A DNA stretch of 64,000 bases from Macrostomum lignano (GCA_002269645.1 NIVC01003824.1:1-64000), one strand, 5' to 3'. Shown: positions 35,368 through 47,460, counted from the first letter of the stretch. Program-made: numbers and translations. The notes: generated by a model from the sequence alone, not told the origin.

Positions 35368-37441
35368 ACACAAGCTCGCAATTGTCAGGCTTCGTCACCG
35401 TGTCAGTGGTGAACGGCCTGGCCTACCTGTGGCAGCGGTGCATTGTGCACCGGGACGTGAAGCTGGCCAACATCCTGGCCTGCCGCTCAGGCCGCGTGAA
35501 AATCTGCGACCTCGGCCTGGCCAAGGAGGCGGCGCCAGCCGGTCAAGACGCTGCCGCCTATGTGTCCACCTGCCTGGCCAGCTCGTTCTGCGGCAGCTAC
35601 GAGTACATGTCGCCGGAAAGGGTCCGAGCCAAGCGCTACGGGCACAGGGCGGACGTGTGGGGCCTCGGCGTGGCGCTGTACGAGCTGGCCTGCGGTCAGC
35701 GGCCCTTCGGCGGTCGCGGCGCGCTGCTCGGCCAGATGCTGGCGGACATCCGCGAAGCTCGGGTGCCGCGGATGCGAGCGGATATTGCTGAGGCATTGTC
35801 CGCCGAGTTCCACGCCATGTACACTGCTTGGTGAGCTTTGGGGCTTTGGCTTAGTTTGTTGGGTCTCCCTGTGTGTTCGGAGGCAATTTGGACAGATCAA
35901 TCAGATCTTCTGAATGTTTGATTAGATCTTGTGGACCCTAGATTAGATCATCTAGATAGTAGCTTAGATCATCTAGACACCAGATTAGATCATCTAGACA
36001 CCAGATTAGATCATCTATACTAGGCACTAGATTAGATCATTTAGACTAGACACTAGATTAGATCATCTAGACTAGACACTAGATTAGATCGTCTAGACTA
36101 GACACTAGATTAGATCATCTAGACTAGACACTAGATTAGATCATATAGACTAGACACTAGATTAGATCATCTAGACTAGACACTAGATTAGATCATCTAG
36201 ACTAGACACTAGATTAGATCATCTAGACTAGACACTAGATTAGATCATCTAGACTAGACACTAGATTAGATCATCTAGACTAGACACTAGATAAGATCAT
36301 CTAGACTAGACACTAGATTATATCATCTAGACTAGACACTAGATTAGATCATCTAGACTAGACACTAGATTAGATCATCTAGACTAGACACTAGATTAGA
36401 TCATATAGACTAGACACTAGATAAGATCATCTAGACTAGACACTAGAGAAGATCATCTAGACTAGACACTAGATTAGATTATCTATACTAGGCACTAGAT
36501 TAGATAATCTCGACACTAGATTAGATCATCTCGACACTAGATTGATCATCTAGACTAGATACTAGATTAGATCATCTAGACTAGACACTAGATAAGATTA
36601 TCTAGACTAGACACTAGATTAGATCATAGGCTAGACACTAGATAAGATTATCTAGACTAGACACTAGATAAGATTATCTAGACTAGACACTAGATAAGAT
36701 CATAGGCTAGACACTAGATAAGATCATCTAGACTAGACACTAGATTAGATCATCTAGACTAGACACTAGATTAGATCATCTAGACTAGACACTAGATTAG
36801 ATCATCTAGACTAGACACTAGATAAGATCATCTAGACTAGACACTAGATTAGATCATCTAGACTAGACACTAGATTAGATCATATAGACTAGACACTAGA
36901 TTAGATCATATAGACTAGACACTGGATTAGATCATCTAGACTAGACACTAGATAAGATCATCTAGACTAGACACTAGATTAGATCATCTAGACTAGACAC
37001 TAGATTAGATCATCTAGACTAGACACTAGATTAGATCATCTAGACTAGACACTAGATTAGATCATCTAGACTAGACACTAGATTAGATCATAGGCTAGAC
37101 ACTAGATAAGATTATCTAGACTAGACACTAGATAAGATCATAGGCTAGACACTAGATAAGATCATCTAGACTAGACACTAGTTTAGATCATATAGACTAT
37201 ACACTAGATTAGATCATCTAGATTAGATAATCTAGGTATTTAATATCCTAAAAAGCCATTTTCAACTGCTTATTTTCACAGCTTGCAACGCAAAGCGAAG
37301 CACCGGCCATCCAAGCTGACCATAAAGAGCTGCCCGTTCTACGCGAAGTTCGCGAACCTGTCCGGCTCCGCAGCCGCAGAGCTGACGGAGCACTTTAAAG
37401 CTTGGCTCGCCTCGGCTTTGATTAGAATTGGGCGGCGTTAA
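30755..37441 (+). CDS. MAP2K5: MAP kinase kinase 5 (MEK5)-like, PB1 + STE7 kinase; exons 30755-31032, 31394-31663, 32957-33259, 34455-34717, 35389-35830, 37282-37441
   Basis: PB1 OPCA-like [16 protein letters not shown]; [42 protein letters not shown]...[25 protein letters not shown]; all five junctions are GT-AG and phase-consistent (2,2,2,1,2). Confidence 0.88.
31085..31330. repeat. ~30-34-bp degenerate repeat (TTATGATTTATGACTGACTGAT...) in MAP2K5 intron 1
   Basis: about 7 imperfect units. Confidence 0.85.
32030..32935. repeat. 12-bp minisatellite (AATAATCGCCCC)n in MAP2K5 intron 2
   Basis: period 12; source of NNRP and IIAP pseudo-ORFs. Confidence 0.95.
33266..34400. repeat. purine-rich GGGAGAT/GGGAGAGT compound repeat in MAP2K5 intron 3
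   Basis: starts immediately after the donor GTGAGC. Confidence 0.95.
34735..35366. repeat. (TCTG)n microsatellite in MAP2K5 intron 4
   Basis: tetranucleotide tract; CLSV ORFs are artefacts. Confidence 0.97.
35935..37232. repeat. 26-bp minisatellite (TAGACTAGACACTAGATTAGATCATC)n in MAP2K5 intron 5
   Basis: period 26, roughly 45-50 units. Confidence 0.97.
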
Positions 37442-37637
37442 CTGCAGCTAACTAACTGCCAACTTGTTAATTTTTTGTTTATTTAAATATGTTTTTGAGG
37501 TGCTGCTAACTTTGTTCTTATTCTACACCGGCTATAGTTATCTGTAGCTAGAGATATATAAATATAATGATGTGCACCATGTTCTGATTTTCATGTAATA
37601 ATTCTGTACATCTTTATGCTCGTTGACCAAGCTTACT

Positions 37638-39506
37638 GAATCCACAGACTCAATCTAGGGTGAGATTTTGAATGCACTGACTCAATCTAGGGTGAGATTT
37701 TGAATCCACAGACTCAAAATATAGGTGACATTTTGAATGCACTGACTCAATCCAGGGTGACATTTTGAATGCACTGACTCAATCCAGGGTGAGATTTTGA
37801 ATGCACTGACTCAATCCAGGGTGAGATTTTGAATGCACTGACTCAATCCAGGGTGAGATTTTGAATGCACTGACTCAATCCAGGGTGAGATTTTGAATGC
37901 ACTGACTCAATCCAGGGTGAGATTTTGAATGCACTGACTCAATCCAGGGTGAGATTTTGAATGCACTGACTCAATCCAGGGTGAGATTTTGAATGCACTG
38001 ACTCAATCCAGGGTGAGATTTTGAATGCACTGACTCAATCCAGGGTGAGATTTTGAATGCACTGACTCAATCCAGGGTGAGATTTTGAATGCACTGACTC
38101 AATCCAGGGTAAGATTTTGAATGCACTGACTCAATCCAGGGTAAGATTTTGAATGCACTGACTCAATCTAGGGTGAGATTTTGAATGCACTGACTCAATC
38201 TAGGGTGAGATTTTGAATTCACTGACTCAATCTAGGGTGAGATTTTGAATCCACTGACTCAAAATTTAGGGTGAGATTTTAAATGCACTGACTCAAAATG
38301 TAGGGTGAGATTTTAAATGCACTGACTCAAAATGTAGGGTGAGATTTTAAATGCACTGACTCAAAATCTAGGGTGAGATTTTAAATGCACTGACTCAAAA
38401 TGTAGGGTGAGATTTTGAATGCACGGACTCAATCCAGGGCGAGACTTTTAATTGCACTGACAATCTAGGTGAGATTTTGAATGCACTGACTCAACAATCC
38501 AGTCTGAGATTTTGAATGCACAGACTCAAAATATAGGTGACATTTTGAATGCACTGACTCAATCTAGGGTGAGATTTTGAAACCACTGACTCAATCCAGG
38601 GTGAGATTTTGAATGCACTGACTCAATCCAGGGTGAGATTTTGAATGCACTGACTCAATCCAGGGTAAGATTTTGAATGCACTGACTTAATCTAGGGTGA
38701 GATTTTGAATGCACTGACTCAATCTAGGGTGAGATTTTGAATCCACTGACTCAAAATGTAGGGTGAGATTTTAAATGCACTGACTCAAAATGTAGGGTGA
38801 GATTTTAAATGCACTGACTCAAAATCTAGGGTGAGATTTTAAATGCACTGACTCAAAATGTAGGGTGAGATTTTGAATGCACGGACTCAATCCAGGGCGA
38901 GACTTTTAATTGCACTGACAATCTAGGTGAGATTTTGAATGCACTGACTCAATCCAGTCTGAGATTTTGAATGCACAGACTCAAAATATAGGTGACATTT
39001 TGAATGCCCTGACTCAATCTAGGGTGAGATTTTGAAACCACTGACTCAATCCAGGGTGAGATTTTAAATGCACTAACTCAATCCAGAGTGAGATTTTGAA
39101 TGACCTGACACAATCGAGGGTGAGATTTTGAAACCACTGACTCAATCTAGGGTGAGATTTTGAATCCACAGACTCAATCCAGGGTGAGATTTTGAATGCA
39201 CTGACTCAATCCAGGGTGAGATTTTGAATGCACTGACTCAAAATGTAGGGTGAGATTTTGAATTCACTGACTCAAAATCTAGGGTGAGATTTTGAATTCA
39301 CTGACTCAAAATCTAGGGTGAGATTTTGAATTCACTGACTCAAAATCTAGGGTGAGATTTTGAATTCACTGACTCAAAATCTAGGGTGAGATTTTGAATG
39401 CACGGACTGAATCCAGGGGGGAGACTTTTAATTGCATTGACAATCTAGGGTGAGATTTTGAATGCACTGACTCAATCTAGGGTGAGATTTTGAATCCACT
39501 CACTCA
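37638..39506. repeat. 32-bp minisatellite (AATGCACTGACTCAATCCAGGGTGAGATTTTG)n between MAP2K5 and TIMMDC1
   Basis: ~58 units, 32-34-bp variants; ~460-bp internal block duplication (marker GCACGGACTC...GGCGAGACTTTTAATT at ~38421 and ~38879). Confidence 0.97.
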
Positions 39507-39637
39507 AGCCAGAATGAAAGCTTTGGATTATAACCTACTGCTTCCAAAGCAAAATGAAAATCCGTTTACAATCAAATCCTGCATTCACTTTTTCAGCCTT
39601 ACAAACCAATTTTGTGACATTCCACATCGAGCTCCCA

Positions 39638-40748
39638 ATGAGCCTCTCCGACCTGGTCAGACTTCGCGGCTTTCGAGCAGCCGCCTCGCCGATCCACTGC
39701 CGAGCTTCATCACCGCCACCGCCGCCGCACAGCCTCCCTCCGGCGCCAGTCGATGATCTTGACGAGTCCCTGCTGGCAGACGATCTGGGCGCCATGGAGC
39801 TGGAGCTTCGGCACCGGGACGCCTACCTGAGGTCGCTGGGCTCGCCGTCCGCTGAGACTGTGGCCCGCAGCACCCTGGTGACTGACAGCCAGGTGGACCA
39901 GATCATGGCTAGCGAAGGTCCGTTAGACAGGCTTAAGGATCTCTACGCGCTCAACGAAGATAATGAGCCTTCCTATGAGCTAGCCAGCGTCATGCTGGTT
40001 TCTATGGCAACGTTTACGTATTTGAATGTTCGCTACACTGTGCAGGAGAGGCGGCTGGCTGGGGTCAGCTTTGAGGAGAGAAACAAGCTGACTGTGTTCG
40101 CCTCCAAGCAGCAGGTGGGGATTTTGTTTTTGTGAATATTAACCAAATATGCTCAAACCTCGGAGAATCGCCCCTCAAGCCCCAGAGAATCGCCCCTCAA
40201 ACCTCAGAGAATCGCCCCACAAACCTCAGAGAATCGCCCCTCAAGCCCCAGAGAATCGCCCCTCAAACCTCAGAGAATCGCCCCACAAACCTCAGAGAAT
40301 CGCCCCTCAAACCCTAGAAAATCGCCCCACAAACCTCAGAGAATCGCCCCTCAAACCGCAGGCGTCTCGCCGCAAGATGGACTACATCACAATGCGCGCC
40401 CTCCGCCTGGGCTTGAAGCGCTCCGCCAGCTCTTTGATTTTTGCTCCGCTGTTCCTCGGCGGCGCCCAGTGCATCTCGGCCGTGCGCGGCCGCTCCTCGC
40501 CGCTGGACTTCTTGCCGTCGGGCATCGCAGCCGGCGCCTGCGTTCGCGGTGCCCACGGCCTCCAGCCGATGCTGGGCGGTGCCGTTCTGGGTGGCTTCCT
40601 TGGCGCCGTGGTCGGGACAGTGGTGTACGGCATCCAGATGTACTGCGGCCTGACCTACGAGGAGATGCGGCGCTACCGACTGACCGAACGGAGCGAGCGG
40701 GATGCCCGGCTGATGGCCAAGCTGAACGCTGCAAGAGAGCAGGCCTGA
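39638..40748 (+). CDS. TIMMDC1: complex I assembly factor TIMMDC1 (Tim17/22/23 family); exons 39638-40114, 40362-40748
   Basis: GPLDRLKDLY matches GWDRLRELF; ISAVRGRSSPLDFLPSGIAAG...GLQPMLGGAVLGGFLG matches the TIMMDC1 TM region; Arg-rich N-terminal presequence; phase-0 junction. Confidence 0.8.
40150..40358. repeat. 22-bp tandem repeat (AAACCTCAGAGAATCGCCCCTC)n forming the TIMMDC1 intron
   Basis: ~9 units; last unit supplies the acceptor CCGCAG. Confidence 0.93.
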
Positions 40749-40871
40749 CTTCGGCGGGAGCGTCGAGATATCGAGATATTCAACGATGCCTTCGGGAAGG
40801 ATTTGAGTTTTCAAGTTCAAATCAATCTTGTCGAGTCTTTACACTAGTGGGCCGCTTTTGCAAGCTCGAAC

Positions 40872-41140
40872 TTTACAACCCATAAACTTCACAACCCACC
40901 GACTTCACAGCCCACAAACTTCACAAGCCACAAACTTCACAACCCACGGACTTCACAGTCCACAAACTTCACAAGCCACAAACTTCACAAGCCACAAACT
41001 TCACAAGCCACAAACTTCACAACCCACAAACTTCACAAGCCACCGACTTCACAACCCACTAACTTCACAATTCACAAACTTCACAACCAAAACTTCACAA
41101 CCCACAAACTTCACAGCCCATAAATTTCACAACCCACAAA
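40872..41140. repeat. ~16-bp repeat (CACAAACTTCACAACC)n
   Basis: shares the CTTCACAA core with the 52750-54740 array. Confidence 0.88.
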
Positions 41141-41532
41141 TGTCGAAAAGTCCTGCTGGTCACCTTTCTAGCTCCATAGTTCATAATTTTGTCTACATTG
41201 AAGAAGCTGCCTATATATAAATACAGGTTTTGCTAATCAATTTAACTATGTTTGTTTAAGAGTCAATCTTAAAGAAAAAAGTCGAATAACTTAAGTGTGA
41301 AAAGTTCAAGTAGTTCATATTTTGTGTGCTGGATGAATTTCTAGGCATTTGGCTTGTTTGTCTTTTGCTCATTAATTGGTATCGTTTGTTCTGCTCTTTG
41401 GCATGCTCAGAGTCCACGCCTCTGCTGTGTAAAATATACTGTACTGTTGAGCCCGCTGCCTTTATGGTGCACTGCTTATGCTGCGCATTGAAGCTTGACG
41501 AATGCAAGTCAAATAATTCTGTTAGCGGTGTT

Positions 41533-41990
<458 letters not shown>

Positions 41991-42433
41991 AACTGTCACT
42001 CATTCCTGTTGTTAGCAATTTTAGAGCACCCTATCTAATGCATCAGTATTTGCTCTGGGCTGAGTGTCTGACTGACGGACTCTAATTCAAATATGGAAAT
42101 ATCCCAAGAGGTCCATTATGCTTTGCGTGAGTTAAATAGCCAACAGTATTAACAAGTGACTCTCAAAGGATGGCAAACATTCGTCTGCTTGTGTTTGTAA
42201 TTTAATTTGCGTGTTGAAGATGACACAATTTTGCAACTCAATTAGCTACCATAGCAAATATACTTTCTAGGAAATAGCCAGTGCAGCTAACAGCTGCAAC
42301 ACTGGAATTAAGCGGATTATGGAACGGATTCGGCGTTTCGGCTGAAATTTTTCATAAAAGCGGAAAACTCGATCGACTGCTGTTGAGGAAAATTTTCTTA
42401 GATTAAATTTATTAAATAAAAAAGAAGTCTACA

Positions 42434-45400
42434 ATGATTCAAATCGTTCGCTCTGGACTGCTGCTGCTCCTCTGCTGCTGTTCGCTGGGTAAGTTGGCAG
42501 GCAGGCAGCTGCTAGGCTGGGGGGCAGGAATGTCGGATAGGATCTGAATTCAATATGAGGGACTGGGTTAATGGCGCCTAATGATCATTTGATGAGGCTA
42601 CATGTAAATGGAGATCATCAGTGAGGCTAAATGGTCATTAGTGAGGCTAAATGGTCATTAGTGAGGCTAAATGGTCATTAGTGAGGCTAAATGGTCATTA
42701 GTGACGCTAAATAGTCGTTAGTGACGCTAAATGGTCATTAGTGAGGCTAAATGGTCATTAGTGAGGCTAAATGGTCATTAGTGAGGCTAAATGGTCATTA
42801 GTGACGCTAAATAGTCGTTAGTGACGCTAAATGGTCATTAGTGAGGCTAAATGGTCATTAGTGACGCTGAATGGTCATTAGTGACGCTAAATAGTCGTTA
42901 GTGGGGCTAAATGGTCATTAGTGACGCTAAATGGTCATCAGTGACGCTGAATGGTCATTACTGACGCCAAATGGTCATTAGTGACGCTAAATGGTCATTA
43001 GTGACGCTAAATGGTCATTAGTGACGCTAAATGGTCATTAGTGACGCTAAATGGTCATCAGTGACGCTGAATGGTCATTAGTGACGCTAAATGGTCATTA
43101 GTGACGCTGAATGGTCATTGGTGACGCTAGATAACAGTGATCGATAGCTCCGAAATGAAGTACTCGAACGGATGTTCATTCCAGCCTCCAGCGTCGGCTC
43201 CAACGTGAACCAGGTCGAGCTGGTCAGAACCGACTCGGTTTTCATCGACAATGTGACGAGCAGTTTCGAGCTGAATGTGACTGGCGTCAGGTCTGAGATC
43301 GAGTGCGCCACGGCCTGCATGCAGAGAGGCTGCTCAGTAGCCAGTGTGGCCAAAGGCTCCGAACTCTGCCGAATGATTTGTATAGTCGACTTCACCCAAC
43401 TGCCGCCGAATTCGAACGCGAGTCGCGTCCGGCGACACATTGAGGCTGGACCGTCCGATCGGCTGTGGAAAGTTGCCGGTCTGGAGCTGCGGCTGGCCGC
43501 CCTGCTGCCGCCGTTTGAGAAGACTTTTTCTGGTGAGTTTTTTGGAGGGGGGAATCTGGTGGTCTGATGGTTCCAGAAATACAGCGATGGAGCGTTGAAG
43601 GCGGTCGCCGACATCGTGACATGCGACGAGACTTGGGTGTACTGCTACGAGCCAGAGCGCAAGTGCCAGTCGCAGGTGAGGGCGTTTCCAGACGAGGTGC
43701 CGCCAACGAAGGTCGTGCGAGGCGGGAGCACCGGCAAGCAGATGGTCGCAACTTTTTTCCGTCGCTCAGGTCACGTGGCGACTGTGCGGCTGCTGGATCA
43801 GCGCACGGTGACTGCGGCCTGGTATACCGGCGTCTGCTTGCCACAGGTCATCCACAGCCTGAGCAGGACGCGTCCGAAGTCAGGTGTCCGATGCTCACAC
43901 GGATCAGGCAACACAGCAGTTTCTGCAGACTCAGGGACCAGTCACCCGCCAAAGTCACCCGTCATACTCGCCTGATCTGGCACCGTGTGACTTTTTCTCT
44001 TCCCTAAAGTCAAGGGACTCGCTGCGTGGCCGGCGATTTTCGACTGCAGAGGAGGCTGCTGATGCATTCGACAAGATGGTGAAAGGGGTGTCCACTTCTG
44101 AGTGGCACCACTGCTTTGTCACCACGTTTGAGAGGATGAGGCGCTGCATCCAAGCTGATGGAGACTACTTTGAGAAGCTGTGAAAATTTCAGCTTCATAG
44201 CTGCTTCTGTTTAGATGTAGCTAAGAACTTTTGCAGTGCCCCTCGTATGAGCTCAAGTTGACAGGCCCTTTCTCTCTTCTTTGACAAACAACTGTTCTTT
44301 TCCTGCTCAAAGCCTCGCAGGATGGCCGGTTCGGTTCAGATTCGGTTCGGTTCAGAACAACGGTTCGGTTCAATCGGTGCAGCTGCCGTTCACCGCCTGC
44401 TACCGGATCGAGGCTCTGGGCGCTGACGGCGGTTCTGTAGGCTTCACTAGAGGAGGCAACGGCGCCAAAATGAGCGGCAACTTCAGCCTGACAGCGGGAA
44501 CGGTTCTGTCCGTTGTTGTCGGGCAGAGAGGCAGGGATTGTGGATTATTGTCTTTTGTCTACAGACGCAATGCTGGCGGCGGCGGAGGCAGCTTCGTGTA
44601 CACGAAGCCCGAGGAGACCCTGTTGCTGGCTGCCGGAGGTGGCGGCGGTGCCAGCAAAGATTCTAAAGGTGATCCAAGTCTGCGAATCTGAGGGACTGTA
44701 GGAGAATCGGCGCCAAATCTGAATGATTAGAAGAATCGGCGCCAAATCTGAAGGATTAGAAGAATCGACGCCAAATCTGAGGGATTAGAAGAATCGGCGC
44801 CAAATCTGAAGGATTAGAAGAATCGACGCCAAATCTGAGGGATTAGGAGAATCGGCGCCAAATCTGAATGATTAGAAGAATCGGCGCCAAATCTGAAGGA
44901 TTAGAAGAATCGACGCCAAATCTGAGGGATTAGAAGAATCGGCGCCAAATCTGAAGGATTAGAAGAATCGACGCCAAATCTGAGGGATTAAGAGAATCGG
45001 CGCCAAATCTGAATGATTAGAAGAATCGGCGCCAAATCTGAATGATTAGAAGAATCGACGCCAAATCTGAAGGATTAGAAGAATCGACGCCAAATCTGAA
45101 GGATTAGAAGAATCGACGCCAAATCTGAAGGATTAGAAGAATCGACGCCAAATCTGAGGGATTAGGAGAATCGGCGCCAAATCTGAAGGATTAGGAGAAT
45201 CGGCGCCAAATCTGAGGGACTGTAGGAGAATCGGCGCCGAATCTGATGGACTGTAGGAGAATCGGCGCCAAATCTGAGGGACTGTGGGAGAATCGGCGCC
45301 AAATCTGAGGGACTGTAGGAGAATCGGCGCCGAATCTGATGGACTGTAGGAGAATCGGCGCCAAATCTGAGGGACTGTGGGAGAATCGGCGCCGAATCTG

Positions 45401-46415
45401 AGGGACTGTAGGAGAATCGGCGCCAAATCTGAGGGACTGTGGGAGAATCGGCGCCAAATCTGAATGATTAGAAGAATCGGCGCCAAATCTGAAGGATTAG
45501 AAGAATCGACGCCAAATCTGAAGGATTAGAAGAATCGACGCCAAATCTGAGGGATTAGGAGAATCGGCGCCAAATCTGAAGGATTAGGAGAATCGGCGCC
45601 AAATCTGAGGGACTGTAGGAGAATCGGCGCCAAATCTGAGGGACTGTAGGAGAATCGGCGCCGAATCTGATGGACTGTGGGAGAATCGGCGCCAAATCTG
45701 AGGGACTGTAGGAGAATCGGCGCCAAATCTGAGGGACTGTGGGAGAATCGGCGCCAAATCTGAGGGACTGTGGGAGAATCGGCGCCAAATCTGAGGGACT
45801 GTGGGAGAATCGGCGCCGAATCTGAGGGACTGTAGGAGAATCGGCGCCAAATCTGAGGGACTGTGGGAGAATCGGCGCCGAATCTGAGGGACTGTAGGAG
45901 AATCGGCGCCGAATCTGAAAGGCAAACTGCAAACTGCAGGCGCGGACGGCCAGGGTGGCACCAGCGGAACGGACTCCGTGCCGGACTCTCCCAACAAAGG
46001 CTTCGGCGGCTCGAACGGCCAGCCGGGGTTCACGAAGACGGATGCGGCGCCAACTGGTGAGCGTCACGGAGGCTCGGGAGCAGGCTGGCTTGGAAGGCCC
46101 AACATGACCCGGAACTCAAGCTACGATGGAGAGCCTGGAAGCGGCCTGGCGAACGGCTGGGTGGGCGGTGAGGCTGGGTCCGAACACGTCTACAAGGGCG
46201 GCTTCGGCGGCGGCGGAGGCGGCGGCCACAACGGAGCCAGCGGCGGCGGCGGCGGCTACAGCGGCGGCGGAGCCGGTCTGGCCGAAGGCATTGCCGGAGG
46301 CGGCGGCGGCTCCTACTGCGGCGGCAGCGGCTGCGTTGGCGTCACAGGCGGCAACTCCAAATCCGGCAAGAATCACGGGTCAGTGAAGATTGAGCTGCTG
46401 CATACTATGTGCTGA
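42434..46415 (+). CDS. secreted protein: signal peptide + PAN/apple-like domain + ALK/LTK-type glycine-rich domain, no TM or kinase; exons 42434-42488, 43185-43532, 44321-44668, 45940-46415
   Basis: MIQIVRSGLLLLLCCCSL leader; IECATACMQRGC..C; YRIEALGADGG...GGNGAKMSGNFSLTAGTVLSVVVGQRG, AGGGGGSFVY...LLLAAGGGGG, GGFGGGGGGG...GGGGGYSGG, GGGGGSY as in ALK/LTK ectodomains; all junctions phase 1. Confidence 0.8.
42615..43130. repeat. 20-bp minisatellite (GTGA[G/C]GCTAAATGGTCATTA)n, intron 1 of the ALK-like gene
   Basis: period 20, ~25 units. Confidence 0.96.
43566..44245 (+). mobile_element. truncated mariner transposase pseudogene in intron 2 of the ALK-like gene
   Basis: IVTCDETWVYCYEPE, VTAAWY, HPSYSPDLAPCDF, LRGRRF...GDYFEKL; middle catalytic D region deleted; right TIR ending CCCCTCG|TA. 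Confidence 0.9.
44685..45920. repeat. 29/31-bp minisatellite (AGAATCGGCGCCAAATCTGA+[AGGATTAGA|GGGACTGTAGG]) filling intron 3 of the ALK-like gene
   Basis: two unit variants in blocks; array runs to within ~20 bp of both splice sites. Confidence 0.96.
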
Positions 46416-46489
46416 GAAGCTGAGCTGTCACTTTTGATTGGACATTTAAAGCGATTCTATCTGCGACTTTTTGCGCCTACTGCGCTGAG

Positions 46490-46735
46490 AGAGTGTCTGC
46501 GGCACCGAAATGAGTGTATGCGGCACCGAAATGAGTGTATGCGGCACCGAAATGAGTGTCTGCGGCACCGAAATGAGTGTCTGCGGCACCGAAATGAGTG
46601 TCTGTGGCACCGAAATGAGTGTCTGCGGCACCGAAATGAGTGCCTGTGGTGCCAAAATGAGTGTATGCGGCACCGAAATGAGTGTATGCGGCACCGAAAT
46701 GAGTGCCTGTGGCGCCAAAATGAGTGCCTGCGGCA
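46490..46735. repeat. 21-bp repeat (GCGGCACCGAAATGAGTGTCT)n
   Basis: ~11 units; reverse complement matches the internal array of the MITE at 26306-26619. Confidence 0.9.
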
Positions 46736-47136
46736 GTTTCAAACTTTGAAAGTGGACCTAGAAAATATTTCTAAAGTTTATGGAAGGTGGTCAGCTATTG
46801 GTGGGGCTACCATATACAGCCAGGGTTTCTTTTATCAGATACGCCATAGCATCCGGCATTTTGACTTTCAAAGTGACATCCTGATTTTTGACCCCTGATT
46901 GGCATCTATACAGCTATCTCTGCAACTATCTATATACAACTATCATACAGCTATCTACGAGCTGTACCAGATATCAATCTTTTGCTTCACTTTCTGTCGA
47001 CAATGAGTTTAATTTTTAAATAGACAACCCAAGTTATTGTTGATTCTTAGCAATGCAAAATATTTTATTGGAAATAGCTAAAACTGTCTAGCCCGTGATT
47101 GGATGAAAATATGTTTGCAATTGTTCATTTTGTTCT

Positions 47137-47169
47137 CTGTCTGTCTGTCTGCCTGCCTGCCTGCCTGCC

Positions 47170-47212
<43 letters not shown>

Positions 47213-47261
47213 GTCTGTCTGTCTGTGTCTGTCTGTCTGTCTGCCTGCCTGCCTGCCTGCC

Positions 47262-47299
<38 letters not shown>

Positions 47300-47317
47300 C
47301 CTGCCTGCCTGCCTGCC

Positions 47318-47358
<41 letters not shown>

Positions 47359-47365
47359 GCCTGCC

Positions 47366-47406
<41 letters not shown>

Positions 47407-47421
47407 GCCTGCCTGCCTGCC

Positions 47422-47460
<39 letters not shown>

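Noticed and set aside
35935-39506. Regular 26-bp and 32-bp arrays as possible CRISPR arrays
   Set aside because: Head-to-tail units with no unique spacers, no cas genes, eukaryotic context
39554-39637. Upstream ATG (39554) as the TIMMDC1 start
   Set aside because: It lies upstream of a strong acceptor at 39596; ATG 39638 gives a presequence-like N-terminus
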